32,000 nt of DNA from Candidatus Nanopusillus sp. GTDB lineage: Archaea; Nanobdellota; Nanobdellia; Nanobdellales; Nanobdellaceae. Positions 7,569-17,689 of this stretch are shown piece by piece; positions within the stretch are counted from its first letter, which is position 1, and each line of letters starts with the position of its first letter. The notes beneath the pieces were generated by a model. It ran no database searches. It was not told the origin of the DNA and saw only the letters and a program-made list of their open reading frames with translations. The stretch is taken from contig JBMSAQ010000015.1 in NCBI GenBank assembly GCA_049414405.1, positions 1 to 32,000 of the forward strand, given 5' to 3'. Made by a program: the position numbers and the translations under genes.

Positions 7569-9443
7569 TTATTGAATATTTTTTAATCCCAAATATTTAT
7601 CTAAACTTTCTTTAAATCTTTTCCACCATTCAACATAATCTTCATATCTTTCAAATTTCCAATCTTTAGAATTTAATTCTCTACACATTGTAGATACAAG
7701 ATCCATTGCTTTTTTACTTTCCCATAAAACAGGTTCAGCATTTGCTTTTATTGAATATTCAACAATTTCCTTGTATAGACTTTTATCCAAATCTCTTCCA
7801 ATAATTTCTTTATATAATCTATCCAATATAGGTTCATAAACACCTCTGTAAAATCTACATATTCCAAGATCTTCCACCAAAGATTCATTTATCGCCCTTC
7901 CATATGAAAATCTTGCAAAATCTTCTGGTCTTGCAAATGAATTTGAATAATCTGTCCAATATTTTCCTAAGATATACATTGGAGCAACTACACCAGGACT
8001 CCAATATAAATTTGGAGTTATATATCCTTCATTTCCAAAAGATGCATATACAACATAATCATTAAATTTATTATCTTTAATTCTTTCCTTATATTTTTCA
8101 TTTAATATCTTTGAAGACACTCTTATACCTTCTTCTGATATTAATGATAATATTTCATTATTTTTCTTAATTAATCCTTCGATAATTTTTTCTGCAATTT
8201 TTGAATTTTTATATGAATCATTTTTTGGATCAAAATTTTCAAAATTAAATATTGGATAATCGTTTAATCCAATTTCTCCAGGTTCTAATAACTTATTTTC
8301 AATCAAATCAAATAACCATGAAATTACATACCCAACTTCAATTGCATCCATTCCATACTGATCTACTAAATCCACTAATTTTAATGCTTCTTCAAATATA
8401 TAATTACCAATGAATGGACCTAAAGAATGGAAAGGTTCATAATCTACTTTTTTACCTTTATATACCTTTTTACATGCTACATTACATAAATCTCCACAAG
8501 TAAACCATAATTTACTTTTTATAAATACTTCTTCCTGAAAAGGTTTCCAGAATAGTTCAATAATATTATCATAATGTTTTCTTCTTAATTCTTTCGAATA
8601 ATATATTGATTTATATCCAAATAAAGGTAAAAATTCTTTATATAACAAGTAATTTTCTCCAAAAGTCCCACCGGATCCTGTTTCTGGATCATATTTATAT
8701 TTTCTTGTCTTTTCATTAATAACTTCTATATAACTTTTTCCAAATTTTTCTAAAAATATTTTATTTATTAATTGAAAATTATTTACTTTTTCATATCTAT
8801 ATTTATAATTACCGCCAGAAACTATACCTAGAATATTATGTCCTTTAAATAATGAAGACCCTCCTCCACCCCTTCCAGAGAAATCTTCAGATCCTATTCT
8901 AAATTCTCCATTAACTATATCAAATGAGAATAAATTTCCATTATGCGTATACATAGACCCTTCTCCAACAACAACTGCTCTAGCATTATAATTTGAAAAA
9001 AAATCATTATATTTTTCTAATAAATATCTTGAAAATGCATAAACCCTTTTATAATTTTTATATGAATTTACATAATTTATAGACTCAATTTTTACATTAT
9101 CTGGAGAAATAAAAATTACGGATGGTTCTTTTGAATATCCAATAATTACAATTGCATCAATTCCCGATCCCATAAATTTATACCCAACACCACCAACTGA
9201 AGAAAAATGTAATGTTCTTGTTAATGGACTTTTAAATATTGTAACCATTCTATGAACTCCAAACAATTTTCCTCCGACAAATGGACCTAAACCAAATATA
9301 AATGGAACTGAAGGATCATAAATATCTTTTTTCCATGATTCATATTCATTATGTATTTTTACTCCTAAGGAAATAACACCTTGAGAATCTATATTAATAA
9401 TTTTATATTCTAACTTATCTAAATTTATAAATAGTACTTTCAT
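7569..9443 (-). CDS. Aldehyde:ferredoxin oxidoreductase family tungstopterin enzyme (possibly the GAPOR-like branch)
   Basis: 624 aa. Carries the AOR-family [4Fe-4S]/pterin motifs CGDLCNVACKK and EDLGICRF, plus glycine-rich GRGGGGS and GGTFG blocks. Assignment to the glyceraldehyde-3-phosphate-specific branch is from recalled similarity only. Confidence 0.8.
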   Translation of the reverse strand: MKVLFINLDKLEYKIINIDSQGVISLGVKIHNEYESWKKDIYDPSVPFIFGLGPFVGGKLFGVHRMVTIFKSPLTRTLHFSSVGGVGYKFMGSGIDAIVIIGYSKEPSVIFISPDNVKIESINYVNSYKNYKRVYAFSRYLLEKYNDFFSNYNARAVVVGEGSMYTHNGNLFSFDIVNGEFRIGSEDFSGRGGGGSSLFKGHNILGIVSGGNYKYRYEKVNNFQLINKIFLEKFGKSYIEVINEKTRKYKYDPETGSGGTFGENYLLYKEFLPLFGYKSIYYSKELRRKHYDNIIELFWKPFQEEVFIKSKLWFTCGDLCNVACKKVYKGKKVDYEPFHSLGPFIGNYIFEEALKLVDLVDQYGMDAIEVGYVISWLFDLIENKLLEPGEIGLNDYPIFNFENFDPKNDSYKNSKIAEKIIEGLIKKNNEILSLISEEGIRVSSKILNEKYKERIKDNKFNDYVVYASFGNEGYITPNLYWSPGVVAPMYILGKYWTDYSNSFARPEDFARFSYGRAINESLVEDLGICRFYRGVYEPILDRLYKEIIGRDLDKSLYKEIVEYSIKANAEPVLWESKKAMDLVSTMCRELNSKDWKFERYEDYVEWWKRFKESLDKYLGLKNIQ

Positions 9444-9453
9444 AAATTAAAAA

Positions 9454-10455
9454 CTATTTTATCACTTTTAAAATTTCTGATACTCTTTCTTTAACATATA
9501 ATCCTTTAGGTTCACCAAAGGCTCTTTTTGTTATTCTACAAAATTCACATATGTCTTTTGATGTTGGCATTCCACAATATTTACATTTATTTAATTTCAT
9601 TTCTTCTTTTTTTTCATAAAATTTAATATTTCTCGCAATAGCTCTTGCCAAAGATATTTTAAATCCTGGATTTTCTTTTTCCATTTTATCTAAAAATTCT
9701 CTAATTTTTGTTTCAATTCTTTTGCTACCAGATTTGAATGGACATTGATCCCCTAAATACAGAATATTTGATAATTTTGCATATAATTTTGTTTCTTCTT
9801 CAGATATTTCATACAATGGCCTAATTCTTCCAACTAGAGAATCTATTTTTTCTGTTTTCGGACCTAATTTACTTATTGAATGTAAATCTTGCAAAAAGAA
9901 ATTTTTAATTATATAAGGTAATAAATCATCCATATGATGTCCTAAAGCAATATAATCTACATTTAATTCATTTGCAATAATACTTAATATATATCTTTTT
10001 AATGACCCACATATACTACATGCAGGCCTCATATATTCTACCTTATAATTTGGCAATATCTTTGCACCCAATTTTATTAATGTTTCTGGTAAATATGCTC
10101 CAATAATTTCTTTAGAATCCAAAATTATGAATTCTGTATTATATTCTTTACTAAAATTCTTTATAGTATCTAAAGATTTTTTAGAAAAATCATATATTCC
10201 TAAATTTATATGTAATCCAATTAATTCAAAACCAATCTCATCTTTTATATTTAATAACATATGATATAATGATGTACTGTCTTTACCTCCAGAAACCCCC
10301 ACCAATATTTTTTGTCCTTTTTTAATTAATTTATATCTTTTAATTGTTTCCAATACTCTTCTCTGTATATATTCTGTATAATGATCTTTACATAACCATA
10401 ATTTTGAATACGAAATTTTTATAATTGCATCTTTTTCACAATAAAAGCACTTCAT
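9454..10455 (-). CDS. PP-loop ATPase, tRNA 2-thiolation protein (TtuA/NcsA family)
   Basis: SGGKDS PP-loop, N-terminal CxxC...CxxH and C-terminal CKYC...CEFC zinc fingers, and a central CSICG. It lies 10 nt downstream of the AOR-family gene on the same strand. Confidence 0.8.
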   Translation of the reverse strand: MKCFYCEKDAIIKISYSKLWLCKDHYTEYIQRRVLETIKRYKLIKKGQKILVGVSGGKDSTSLYHMLLNIKDEIGFELIGLHINLGIYDFSKKSLDTIKNFSKEYNTEFIILDSKEIIGAYLPETLIKLGAKILPNYKVEYMRPACSICGSLKRYILSIIANELNVDYIALGHHMDDLLPYIIKNFFLQDLHSISKLGPKTEKIDSLVGRIRPLYEISEEETKLYAKLSNILYLGDQCPFKSGSKRIETKIREFLDKMEKENPGFKISLARAIARNIKFYEKKEEMKLNKCKYCGMPTSKDICEFCRITKRAFGEPKGLYVKERVSEILKVIK

Positions 10456-10489
10456 GAGATAAATAAAAAATAAATACTTAAAAAATTAT

Positions 10490-10640
10490 ATGAAAACTTC
10501 CTTCATGCAATTATCTTATTATTATCTCCCCCAATATTATTGTGGAATGAATATTCGTATTTAAACAATGTAAAGCATGTATTATTAAATACTCCATAAT
10601 TTCAATTATATAAAATATTGGGTGGGTGTGGCTTCTTAAT
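10490..10640 (+). pseudogene. Degenerate duplicate of the 5' end (about the first 55 codons) of the GT-C glycosyltransferase gene at 11369
   Basis: The core 10508-10598 aligns to 11413-11508 and includes a 32-nt perfect run, aatgtaaagcatgtattattaaatactccata. The copy begins with ATGAAAA like the real gene but has indels and an early stop (MKTSFMQLSYYYLPQYYCGMNIRI*). Weaker similarity continues to about 10640. Confidence 0.65.
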
Positions 10641-10642
10641 AT

Positions 10643-11272
10643 TTATGACTGCATATTCTCAATGGCAACTGCATATAAAGTAAATAGATAGGGTGGATAA
10701 AATATCCCCAATAATATTTCTAATATCAACAATAATATTGGACCAATAAGTGGTACAAATAAAAAGAAAATAGTATAAAATATAAAAATTACAAGAGCTG
10801 GAATAAAACCTATTAAAAGTAAATATATGGATTTTTTAGCATAAATCTTAAGTTTATCTACTTTACCAATTATACTTCCAAATATTGTATAAAGCAACAA
10901 TATGTACAATATTAAACCTATTATCATTATTATTAAACCTGTAATAATAGAATTTATTAAAAACGCATCATATCCTATCATAAAAAAATAAAGAATTCCA
11001 ATGATCATTATTATAAAACCAATCATTGTAACCGATAATGGAATCATTATTGATTTAAATGCTACATCGTACTTTGGATCTACCTTTATATTAAGTTTAT
11101 TATAATACCATACGACCATCTTTGGAAATAATTTAGCATATAAATACCAACCCAAAACTGGTATTAAACCTATGAATGATAGAAAATTCATTACCACGCC
11201 TACAATAAATGCCTCTAACAATTTTTGTTTATATATTTTATATGAATCAATAATATAATCTAATACTTTCAT
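10643..11272 (-). CDS. Polytopic membrane protein, paralog C of the family at 2136-3584
   Basis: 209 aa. WYYNKLNIKVDPKYDVAFKSIMIP and LLLYTIFGSIIGKVDKLKI match the conserved blocks of paralogs A and B. Confidence 0.75.
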   Translation of the reverse strand: MKVLDYIIDSYKIYKQKLLEAFIVGVVMNFLSFIGLIPVLGWYLYAKLFPKMVVWYYNKLNIKVDPKYDVAFKSIMIPLSVTMIGFIIMIIGILYFFMIGYDAFLINSIITGLIIMIIGLILYILLLYTIFGSIIGKVDKLKIYAKKSIYLLLIGFIPALVIFIFYTIFFLFVPLIGPILLLILEILLGIFYPPYLFTLYAVAIENMQS

Positions 11273-11368
11273 TGATACTATTTTATCAAAATATATTTTT
11301 AAAGCTAACTAAAAATAACAAATGTTTATAATCTAAAAATTTTAAAAGAATTATAATAATAATCATTC

Positions 11369-12682
11369 ATGAAAAAAGACTATATTTACATATTTCTTAT
11401 ATCATTTATACCACAATTAATTATCTTATTATCATCCCCTCCAATATTGTTTTGGGATGAATATTCATATTTAAATAATGTAAAGCATGTATTATTAAAT
11501 ACTCCATATTTTGAATATTATAGATTTCCATTATTATGGTGGATGCTAATCCCAATTTCTTATATTACAAATTTCAATATATTTCTTATAAAATTATTTT
11601 TAATTTTAGTTTTTTCTCTATCTGTAGTGGTTTTATATAAAATATTAGAAGACTATGATAATAAATACATAAACTATATTTTGATTTTATTTTATTCATT
11701 GAATGGTTTATTTTTAATTTGGGCATCAAGAATTTATCCAGACATTTTAGCATCTTCTTTATTAGTATTTTCTATATATTTCTACATAAAATATTTTAAA
11801 GATGGTAAAGAAAAGAACTTAATTTCATATTCATTATTTTCAGTTTTATCAGCTCTTTCAAAATATGAATATGGTTTATGGTTAATTTCTTCAATAATCT
11901 TTTTAAAGAATATAGATAAACTAAAAACAATAATTTATTCTTTACTATTTCTAACCCCTTACTTTTTATATAACTTAATATTATACAATAATCCAATATT
12001 TATATTTATTGAACAGGTAGAAGTTATTTATAAATATACATCTTATCAACCTATCTCATTATTTTTATTTAACTTGTTAATATTTTCTTCTGCATATTTA
12101 TTTTCCCTATTAAAGAATCCAAAAAAAATTGAAAATTATGACAAGTCTATATATTTATATGTAATATTATCAATAATACTTCTTGCATTTTTTGTTAAGT
12201 CAAAGGATCCAAGATATATTCTAATGGTATTACCTCCATTTTTAATATTAACTAGGATATTTATCAATAAAATAAAAGGTTTACAATTTACATATTTATT
12301 CTTATTTTCAATATTGAATATTGTATCAATGTATTATGGTATAATATTTTTAATAAATTATAACACAAATCTTGGAAACACATATTTAAATTATATATAC
12401 AGAGCTTCAGATTATTTAAAACAATACAATCCAGAAGTAATACTAACAAATGATAATTGGCCAATGGTTGCATATTATACAAATTCACAAGTTTATATAA
12501 TGTACAATGCTACTTATTTAATTCCAAAGGTTTACCCGCAATTTATTGTATATTCCCTAAATTGTGGAATACCTTTCCCATTTAATCCAAATGATTATAA
12601 TATATCATTGATATATTATTACATAGATCCAAACGGTTGTCAAATATATATTTATAGGGTAAATGATTATTTTATTAAATAA
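11369..12682 (+). CDS. GT-C fold glycosyltransferase (PMT_2/ArnT-like, family 39/83-type)
   Basis: 437 aa with about 11-12 hydrophobic segments. The acidic FWDEY motif sits in the first loop, as in lipid-linked-sugar-dependent GT-C enzymes. Confidence 0.65.
   Translation: MKKDYIYIFLISFIPQLIILLSSPPILFWDEYSYLNNVKHVLLNTPYFEYYRFPLLWWMLIPISYITNFNIFLIKLFLILVFSLSVVVLYKILEDYDNKYINYILILFYSLNGLFLIWASRIYPDILASSLLVFSIYFYIKYFKDGKEKNLISYSLFSVLSALSKYEYGLWLISSIIFLKNIDKLKTIIYSLLFLTPYFLYNLILYNNPIFIFIEQVEVIYKYTSYQPISLFLFNLLIFSSAYLFSLLKNPKKIENYDKSIYLYVILSIILLAFFVKSKDPRYILMVLPPFLILTRIFINKIKGLQFTYLFLFSILNIVSMYYGIIFLINYNTNLGNTYLNYIYRASDYLKQYNPEVILTNDNWPMVAYYTNSQVYIMYNATYLIPKVYPQFIVYSLNCGIPFPFNPNDYNISLIYYYIDPNGCQIYIYRVNDYFIK
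11413..11508. repeat. Intact copy of the sequence duplicated at 10508-10598
   Basis: Direct repeat partner, roughly 88-90 percent identity by eye with small indels. Confidence 0.75.
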
Positions 12683-13326
12683 CTCTTCAATTCATCTAAA
12701 CTTGCAAATCCTCTAATAGTGTATGTTTCATTACGTTTATATATAATAATAAATGGCCATGTTGTAATATTGTAATTTAAATTATAATAACTTATAAAAT
12801 AATTTGGATAACTTGAATCGAATGAATATATGTACAAATTATCTTTATTTTGTACGTATAAATAAGTTAAAATATTCCCTTGCATAGCACATTCATCATG
12901 ACAATATTGATTATTATAGAAATATAAAATTAATGTAAAATTTGTCACATTACAATCTTCTATATATTTCTTAGTTAGTAAAAAATGCAAATATTGCATA
13001 TTAAAATATTGAGATTTTAAATATTTTACTTCTCCTTCACTATAGTATATATTTTCCTTTGATTCTAAATATGTCAATTTCTGTCCAACCTGAGCAATTC
13101 TTGATTTTAAATATTCTAAAAAAGATAAATAATTATCACTACATTCTAAACTTTGAGAACTTGCCAGATATTGAGCTGAAATTACCAAAGAATTTATTTC
13201 ATTAATTTTTAATACACTCTGTTGGAATGAATGTTGATATAATAAATAACCTAAAATTATTCCTAAGAAGAAAGATAGTACAGATATTATTACTGATATT
13301 GCTATTATGTTCTTAGGCTTATCCAT
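12667..13326 (-). CDS. Membrane-anchored thioredoxin-fold-like protein with atypical C-x3-C
   Basis: N-terminal TM (IIAISVIISVLSFFLGIILGYLL). The C-terminal region LILYFYNNQYCHDEC ... TTWPFIIIYKRNETYTIRGFASLDELKSYL follows the thioredoxin pattern (beta strand, Cys motif, cis-Pro strand, terminal helix). Its start overlaps the stop of the GT2 gene by 8 nt. Confidence 0.45.
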   Translation of the reverse strand: MDKPKNIIAISVIISVLSFFLGIILGYLLYQHSFQQSVLKINEINSLVISAQYLASSQSLECSDNYLSFLEYLKSRIAQVGQKLTYLESKENIYYSEGEVKYLKSQYFNMQYLHFLLTKKYIEDCNVTNFTLILYFYNNQYCHDECAMQGNILTYLYVQNKDNLYIYSFDSSYPNYFISYYNLNYNITTWPFIIIYKRNETYTIRGFASLDELKSYLIK

Positions 13327-14626
13327 ATTTTTTATTTAGCAGTTTATTTATTAAACTATTATTCCATACAATTCCGCCCCATCTTAGATTTCTACCAAAT
13401 AGTTTATAATATATTGCTACAATTATAAAAATTGCATTAAAGTATATTGAAAAAAATAGATATATAACCGAATAATAAATTATTGATGACCAAGATCTTG
13501 ATTTGTCATACCTTTTATATATACTAATAAAAAGAAGAAAGTTTACTAATAAAATAATTGAAAATGTTATTAAAATTAATTGAGATGTGGCTAATAATTG
13601 AAAAATATATGTATTAATATCAAAAGAAAATGAATATTTGATAAAATAATATATATCGTAATTTATGGAAGACAAGTATTTTAAAAAATCATATAATTGC
13701 TTTCCCTGCATATATAATATTATTAAAAATGATAATGGCAATAGAACATATAAAATTATACTAATGCCAAAAACGATTTCTCTCAAATATATATTTTCTA
13801 TATCTCTATATTTCATATAATTATCAATAAATCCCAGTATCCACCTTACCCTTTGCTTTAATAATGATTTAAAATTATCTGGAGGAACTGTTTTTATAAT
13901 AACTTCAGGACAAAACTTTATTTTAAAATTATTTTTTTGGGCTCTCAATGCAATCTCCATATCTTCACTTATATTTTTTTCATCAAATAATCCGATTTTT
14001 TCAAATACAGATCTTTTAAATACAGAAAATGGGCCTGATGCTATAAATACAGAATTCATTTTATCAATAACCATACGAGAGAAATTATGTATAGCATAAT
14101 CAACATATTGATACTTTTCAATTAATTTTTTCGTACTAATTATTTGAATTGCCGGAACAACAATATCTGCATTATAATAGTACATATATTTTAGCATTTT
14201 TATTAAAGAATCTTTTTCTGGAACAGAATCTGCATCTAATGTAACAATTATTTCCCCACTAGATCTCTTTATCCCATAATTTAATGCTGAAGATTTTCCA
14301 CCATTTTCCTTTTTATATACCTTTACAAAATCGTACTTTTCTTCATATTCTTTTGCTATTTCATATGTATTATCTTTTGATCCGTCATCTACAACAATTA
14401 TTTCCAATTTATCTTTTGGATATTCTAAATCTATCAATCTTTCCAATGTATTTTTTATATTTTTACCTTCGTTATATGCTGGTACAATTATTGATACTTT
14501 TGGATATTCTTTTATTTCATAGTTAATTTCTTCTTTGTCATAGGATAATAAAAATAATAAAGTATATACCGACATTAACAGTTGTACAAATATTATTATT
14601 AGTATTATGTATGGAATTATAGGCAT
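13319..14626 (-). CDS. Processive family-2 beta-glycosyltransferase (polysaccharide synthase type, PgaC/NodC/cellulose-synthase-like)
   Basis: Motifs VVDDGS, LDADS, SEDME and QRVRW (D, DxD, (S/T)ED, QxxRW), with one N-terminal TM and a cluster of C-terminal TM segments. Confidence 0.85.
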   Translation of the reverse strand: MPIIPYIILIIIFVQLLMSVYTLLFLLSYDKEEINYEIKEYPKVSIIVPAYNEGKNIKNTLERLIDLEYPKDKLEIIVVDDGSKDNTYEIAKEYEEKYDFVKVYKKENGGKSSALNYGIKRSSGEIIVTLDADSVPEKDSLIKMLKYMYYYNADIVVPAIQIISTKKLIEKYQYVDYAIHNFSRMVIDKMNSVFIASGPFSVFKRSVFEKIGLFDEKNISEDMEIALRAQKNNFKIKFCPEVIIKTVPPDNFKSLLKQRVRWILGFIDNYMKYRDIENIYLREIVFGISIILYVLLPLSFLIILYMQGKQLYDFLKYLSSINYDIYYFIKYSFSFDINTYIFQLLATSQLILITFSIILLVNFLLFISIYKRYDKSRSWSSIIYYSVIYLFFSIYFNAIFIIVAIYYKLFGRNLRWGGIVWNNSLINKLLNKKYG

Positions 14627-14667
14627 ATTATAAAAATGTTCTAAAATATAATAAATATATTTATTTC

Positions 14668-15357
14668 ATGGTGTACGTAAAATGGATAGGGCATGCATGT
14701 TTTTTAATTAAGAGTACATATGGAAATATATTAATAGACCCTTTTATTAAACAAAACCCAAAGGCAAAGTACGAAAAATCAGATTTAGAAGATATAGATA
14801 TTATATTAGTGACACATGCCCATTTTGATCATTTAGGCGATACAATAGAATTAGCTGAAAATAAAGATGTGAAAGTAATTTCTGTCTTTGAAATAGCTAA
14901 ATATTTAGAAAAATTTGGAATAAGAACAGTGGGATTAAACTTTGGTGGTAAAATAGTTCATAATAATATAGAAATATATTTATTCCCGGCGGTACATACT
15001 TCAAGCATAATAGATGATAGAGATAATATATTGTGGTTAGGAAATCCTGGTAGTTTTGTAATAAAGGTTGATGATAGAACAATATATCATGCTGGAGATA
15101 CTATGGTGTTTGAAGATATGAAATTAATACCAAGAATTGTTGGGGATATTGATTTAGCTTTATTACCAATTGGAGGACATTATACAATGGATATTAATCA
15201 GGCTTTAATTGCAATTGAATATTTAAAACCAAAAAATGTAATACCAATGCACTATAATACATTCCATGCTATTGAAGCGAATCCAAAAATTTTAAAAGAA
15301 AAAGTCAAAAACACAAATGTAATGATATTGAATCCTGGAGAGGCGGTTGAGATATAG
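14668..15357 (+). CDS. Metallo-beta-lactamase-fold hydrolase (UPF0173 type)
   Basis: WIGHACFLI ... VTHAHFDHLGD ... HAGDT ... PMHYNTF, 229 aa. Confidence 0.8.
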   Translation: MVYVKWIGHACFLIKSTYGNILIDPFIKQNPKAKYEKSDLEDIDIILVTHAHFDHLGDTIELAENKDVKVISVFEIAKYLEKFGIRTVGLNFGGKIVHNNIEIYLFPAVHTSSIIDDRDNILWLGNPGSFVIKVDDRTIYHAGDTMVFEDMKLIPRIVGDIDLALLPIGGHYTMDINQALIAIEYLKPKNVIPMHYNTFHAIEANPKILKEKVKNTNVMILNPGEAVEI

Positions 15358-15373
15358 GAAAATATTCAAAAAA

Positions 15374-16078
15374 TTATTTCTTTAGCTCTTTACAAGCAAA
15401 CCACCAATCCAACATTTCCACTTCTTTCTTCTTTGCTTTTTCTTCTATTTCTTTCATTTTTTCAATTGTACGTGCTGGTGGTATTATTACCTTATTTCCA
15501 ACTAAACTAGATGATTTCCATTCTAATTTATCTACATACCAATTTGCTGGTAATGCAACCTTTTCTTTACCCGATATTTGTAATGCATATACCAATCTAT
15601 ATATTTCTGTAATATTCCTTCCAACTTCTGGTGGATAATATACAATCGCTCTTATAATTCCTTCTGGATCTACGACAAATACAGCTCTTACAGTATTTGT
15701 TCCACCACTTACTGGTAACATACCTAACACAGATGCTAATTTACCTAAATCATCTGCAATTATTGGGAATGGGATTTCTGTTTTTGTTTTTTCTTCTATC
15801 CATTCAACCCACTTTATATGGGAATATACTTGATCTATAGATAATCCTATTAATTCTACCCCAATTTCTTTAAACTTTGAATACATTCTTGCAAATTCTA
15901 CAAATTCTGTTGTACATACTGGTGTAAAATCTGCTGGATGGCTAAATAATACAAGCCATTTTCCCTTATAGTAATCTGGCAATTTTATTTTTCCATGTGT
16001 TGTATGTACTTCTACTTCTGGAAACCTACTACCTATTCTTGGAATTCCGTTATTTTTTCCTTCCTCCATAAAAAACAT
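15374..16078 (-). CDS. Peroxiredoxin (archaeal Prx6-like thiol peroxidase)
   Basis: The peroxidatic motif [11 protein letters not shown] and the C-terminal WWFACKE segment are typical of archaeal Prx. The start may be the second or third Met (MFFMEE...). Confidence 0.9.
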   Translation of the reverse strand: MFFMEEGKNNGIPRIGSRFPEVEVHTTHGKIKLPDYYKGKWLVLFSHPADFTPVCTTEFVEFARMYSKFKEIGVELIGLSIDQVYSHIKWVEWIEEKTKTEIPFPIIADDLGKLASVLGMLPVSGGTNTVRAVFVVDPEGIIRAIVYYPPEVGRNITEIYRLVYALQISGKEKVALPANWYVDKLEWKSSSLVGNKVIIPPARTIEKMKEIEEKAKKKEVEMLDWWFACKELKK

Positions 16079-16121
16079 AAATATATTATTATTTTTATAA
16101 AAGTTAAAGTTCGTACCTAAT

Positions 16122-16562
16122 TTATCGTAATTGATAATGATCTATCACAATTGTCGGCCATACAGATCTAATACCTTCAATACTTTGTAAGTATTTTATA
16201 TATTCATCGAGCTCTTCTGGTTTAGAATATAAAAAATCTATTAATACATCGTGATCTCCTCCTGTTAAATATATATTATTTATATTTTTATTCTTAGATA
16301 TTTTTTCTAATATGTTAAACATTTTATCTTTATCTATATTCAATCCTATAAATACTCTTTTGTATCCTAATAAGTTATAATTTAATTCTACTGTGAATTT
16401 TTTTATTATACCAATTTTCATTATCTTTTTAATTCTTTTTCTAACAGAAGCTTCTGATATATTCAATAATCTTGCTATTTTTGTATTTGATATACGCGAA
16501 TTATTTAATAATATCTTGATTATTTTATTGTCAATATCATCTACGTACGATCTTCGTACCAT
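16122..16562 (-). CDS. Lrp/AsnC family transcriptional regulator
   Basis: N-terminal HTH ([38 protein letters not shown]) plus a C-terminal RAM-like domain, 146 aa. Confidence 0.85.
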   Translation of the reverse strand: MVRRSYVDDIDNKIIKILLNNSRISNTKIARLLNISEASVRKRIKKIMKIGIIKKFTVELNYNLLGYKRVFIGLNIDKDKMFNILEKISKNKNINNIYLTGGDHDVLIDFLYSKPEELDEYIKYLQSIEGIRSVWPTIVIDHYQLR

Positions 16563-16612
16563 TAATAATTAATCTATCATATAATTATTAAAGTTTTTAT
16601 CTATTATAATAT

Positions 16613-17062
16613 ATGGACTCTATAGATTTTGAAGCTGAAAGTACAATTGGAAAAATAAAACTTAGCGAAATATTAAAAGATAAAGATTTCGTAGCTTTAT
16701 ATTTTTATCCAAAAGCATTTACTGGTGGATGTACACAAGAGTTAAAGAGGTTCATAGAATTATATGATGAATTTAAAAAATATAATACAGAAATAATCGG
16801 GGTAAGTAATGATAAATTGGATACGCAGAAAAAGTTTGCTGAAAAATATGGTGCAAAATTTCCTTTAGTTGCAGATCCTGGATTAAAGATAATAAACCTA
16901 TTTAATGCAAAAAGTAATAGAGGAAAAGGAGCAAGTAGAATTACTTTTATAATAGATAAAAATTTGAAAATTGTTGAAACATTAAAGTCATTAAAAAATG
17001 CTGCAGAACATGCTGATAAAGCATTAGAAAAAATTAAAGAATTACACAACAGAAGCCTTTAA
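16613..17062 (+). CDS. bcp: Bcp/PrxQ-type peroxiredoxin
   Basis: YFYPKAFTGGCTQE active-site motif, 149 aa. Confidence 0.85.
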   Translation: MDSIDFEAESTIGKIKLSEILKDKDFVALYFYPKAFTGGCTQELKRFIELYDEFKKYNTEIIGVSNDKLDTQKKFAEKYGAKFPLVADPGLKIINLFNAKSNRGKGASRITFIIDKNLKIVETLKSLKNAAEHADKALEKIKELHNRSL

Positions 17063-17174
17063 ATTTAATTATCTACTTCTTTTTATTTTCGCTTTCTTTT
17101 GAAGATTTTCTACCTCTACTACAGCCCATATTTTAATTATAATTTTCGAACAATATAAATTTTTCTTACAATAT

Positions 17175-17666
17175 TTGATGATGATAAAAATATTCGATTA
17201 TGGACTACATTCTGGATATATAATGTTGGATGGAAAAATTGTTGCTTATTCCTTACATAATGATAAAGATATGCTAGTAAAAAATTTAGTAAGAATTGCT
17301 AAATTTCATAATTTAGATGGAAACCTCATTTTTGATGAAAATTTAGACAAATTTTTTCAAGAAAAGATAAATAGAGTATTAAATAATAAAGAAAAATTTA
17401 AACTAGATTTAAGTAGATATAGATATAAAGATGTATATGAGAAGATATTAGAAATACCTTTTGGAAAAACAATAACATATAAAGAATTATATAATAGCCT
17501 AAATAAGAAATATAATATGTTACAAATATTGAATGCTATAAAAAATAACCCATTTATTATTTTAATTCCATGTCATAGAATTATTAAAGAAGACAATATT
17601 TCTGGTTATACACCATTGGGAACTGAATTTAAAAGAAAATTATTGAAATATGAACATACTTTTTAA
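17175..17666 (+). CDS. ogt: Methylated-DNA-protein-cysteine methyltransferase
   Basis: Active-site IPCHRII, preceded by the helix-turn-helix-like segment GKTITYKELY. Confidence 0.8.
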   Translation: MMMIKIFDYGLHSGYIMLDGKIVAYSLHNDKDMLVKNLVRIAKFHNLDGNLIFDENLDKFFQEKINRVLNNKEKFKLDLSRYRYKDVYEKILEIPFGKTITYKELYNSLNKKYNMLQILNAIKNNPFIILIPCHRIIKEDNISGYTPLGTEFKRKLLKYEHTF

Positions 17667-17689
17667 TTGATTATAAATAACATAAAAAA

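Noticed and set aside
17070-17129. 19-codon minus-strand mini-ORF MGCSRGRKSSKKAKIKRSR in the bcp-ogt spacer (very basic, ribosomal-protein-like)
   Set aside because: It is too short to distinguish from chance, I recognised no homolog, and it has no clear promoter. It is noted only as a possible small-protein candidate for proteomics.
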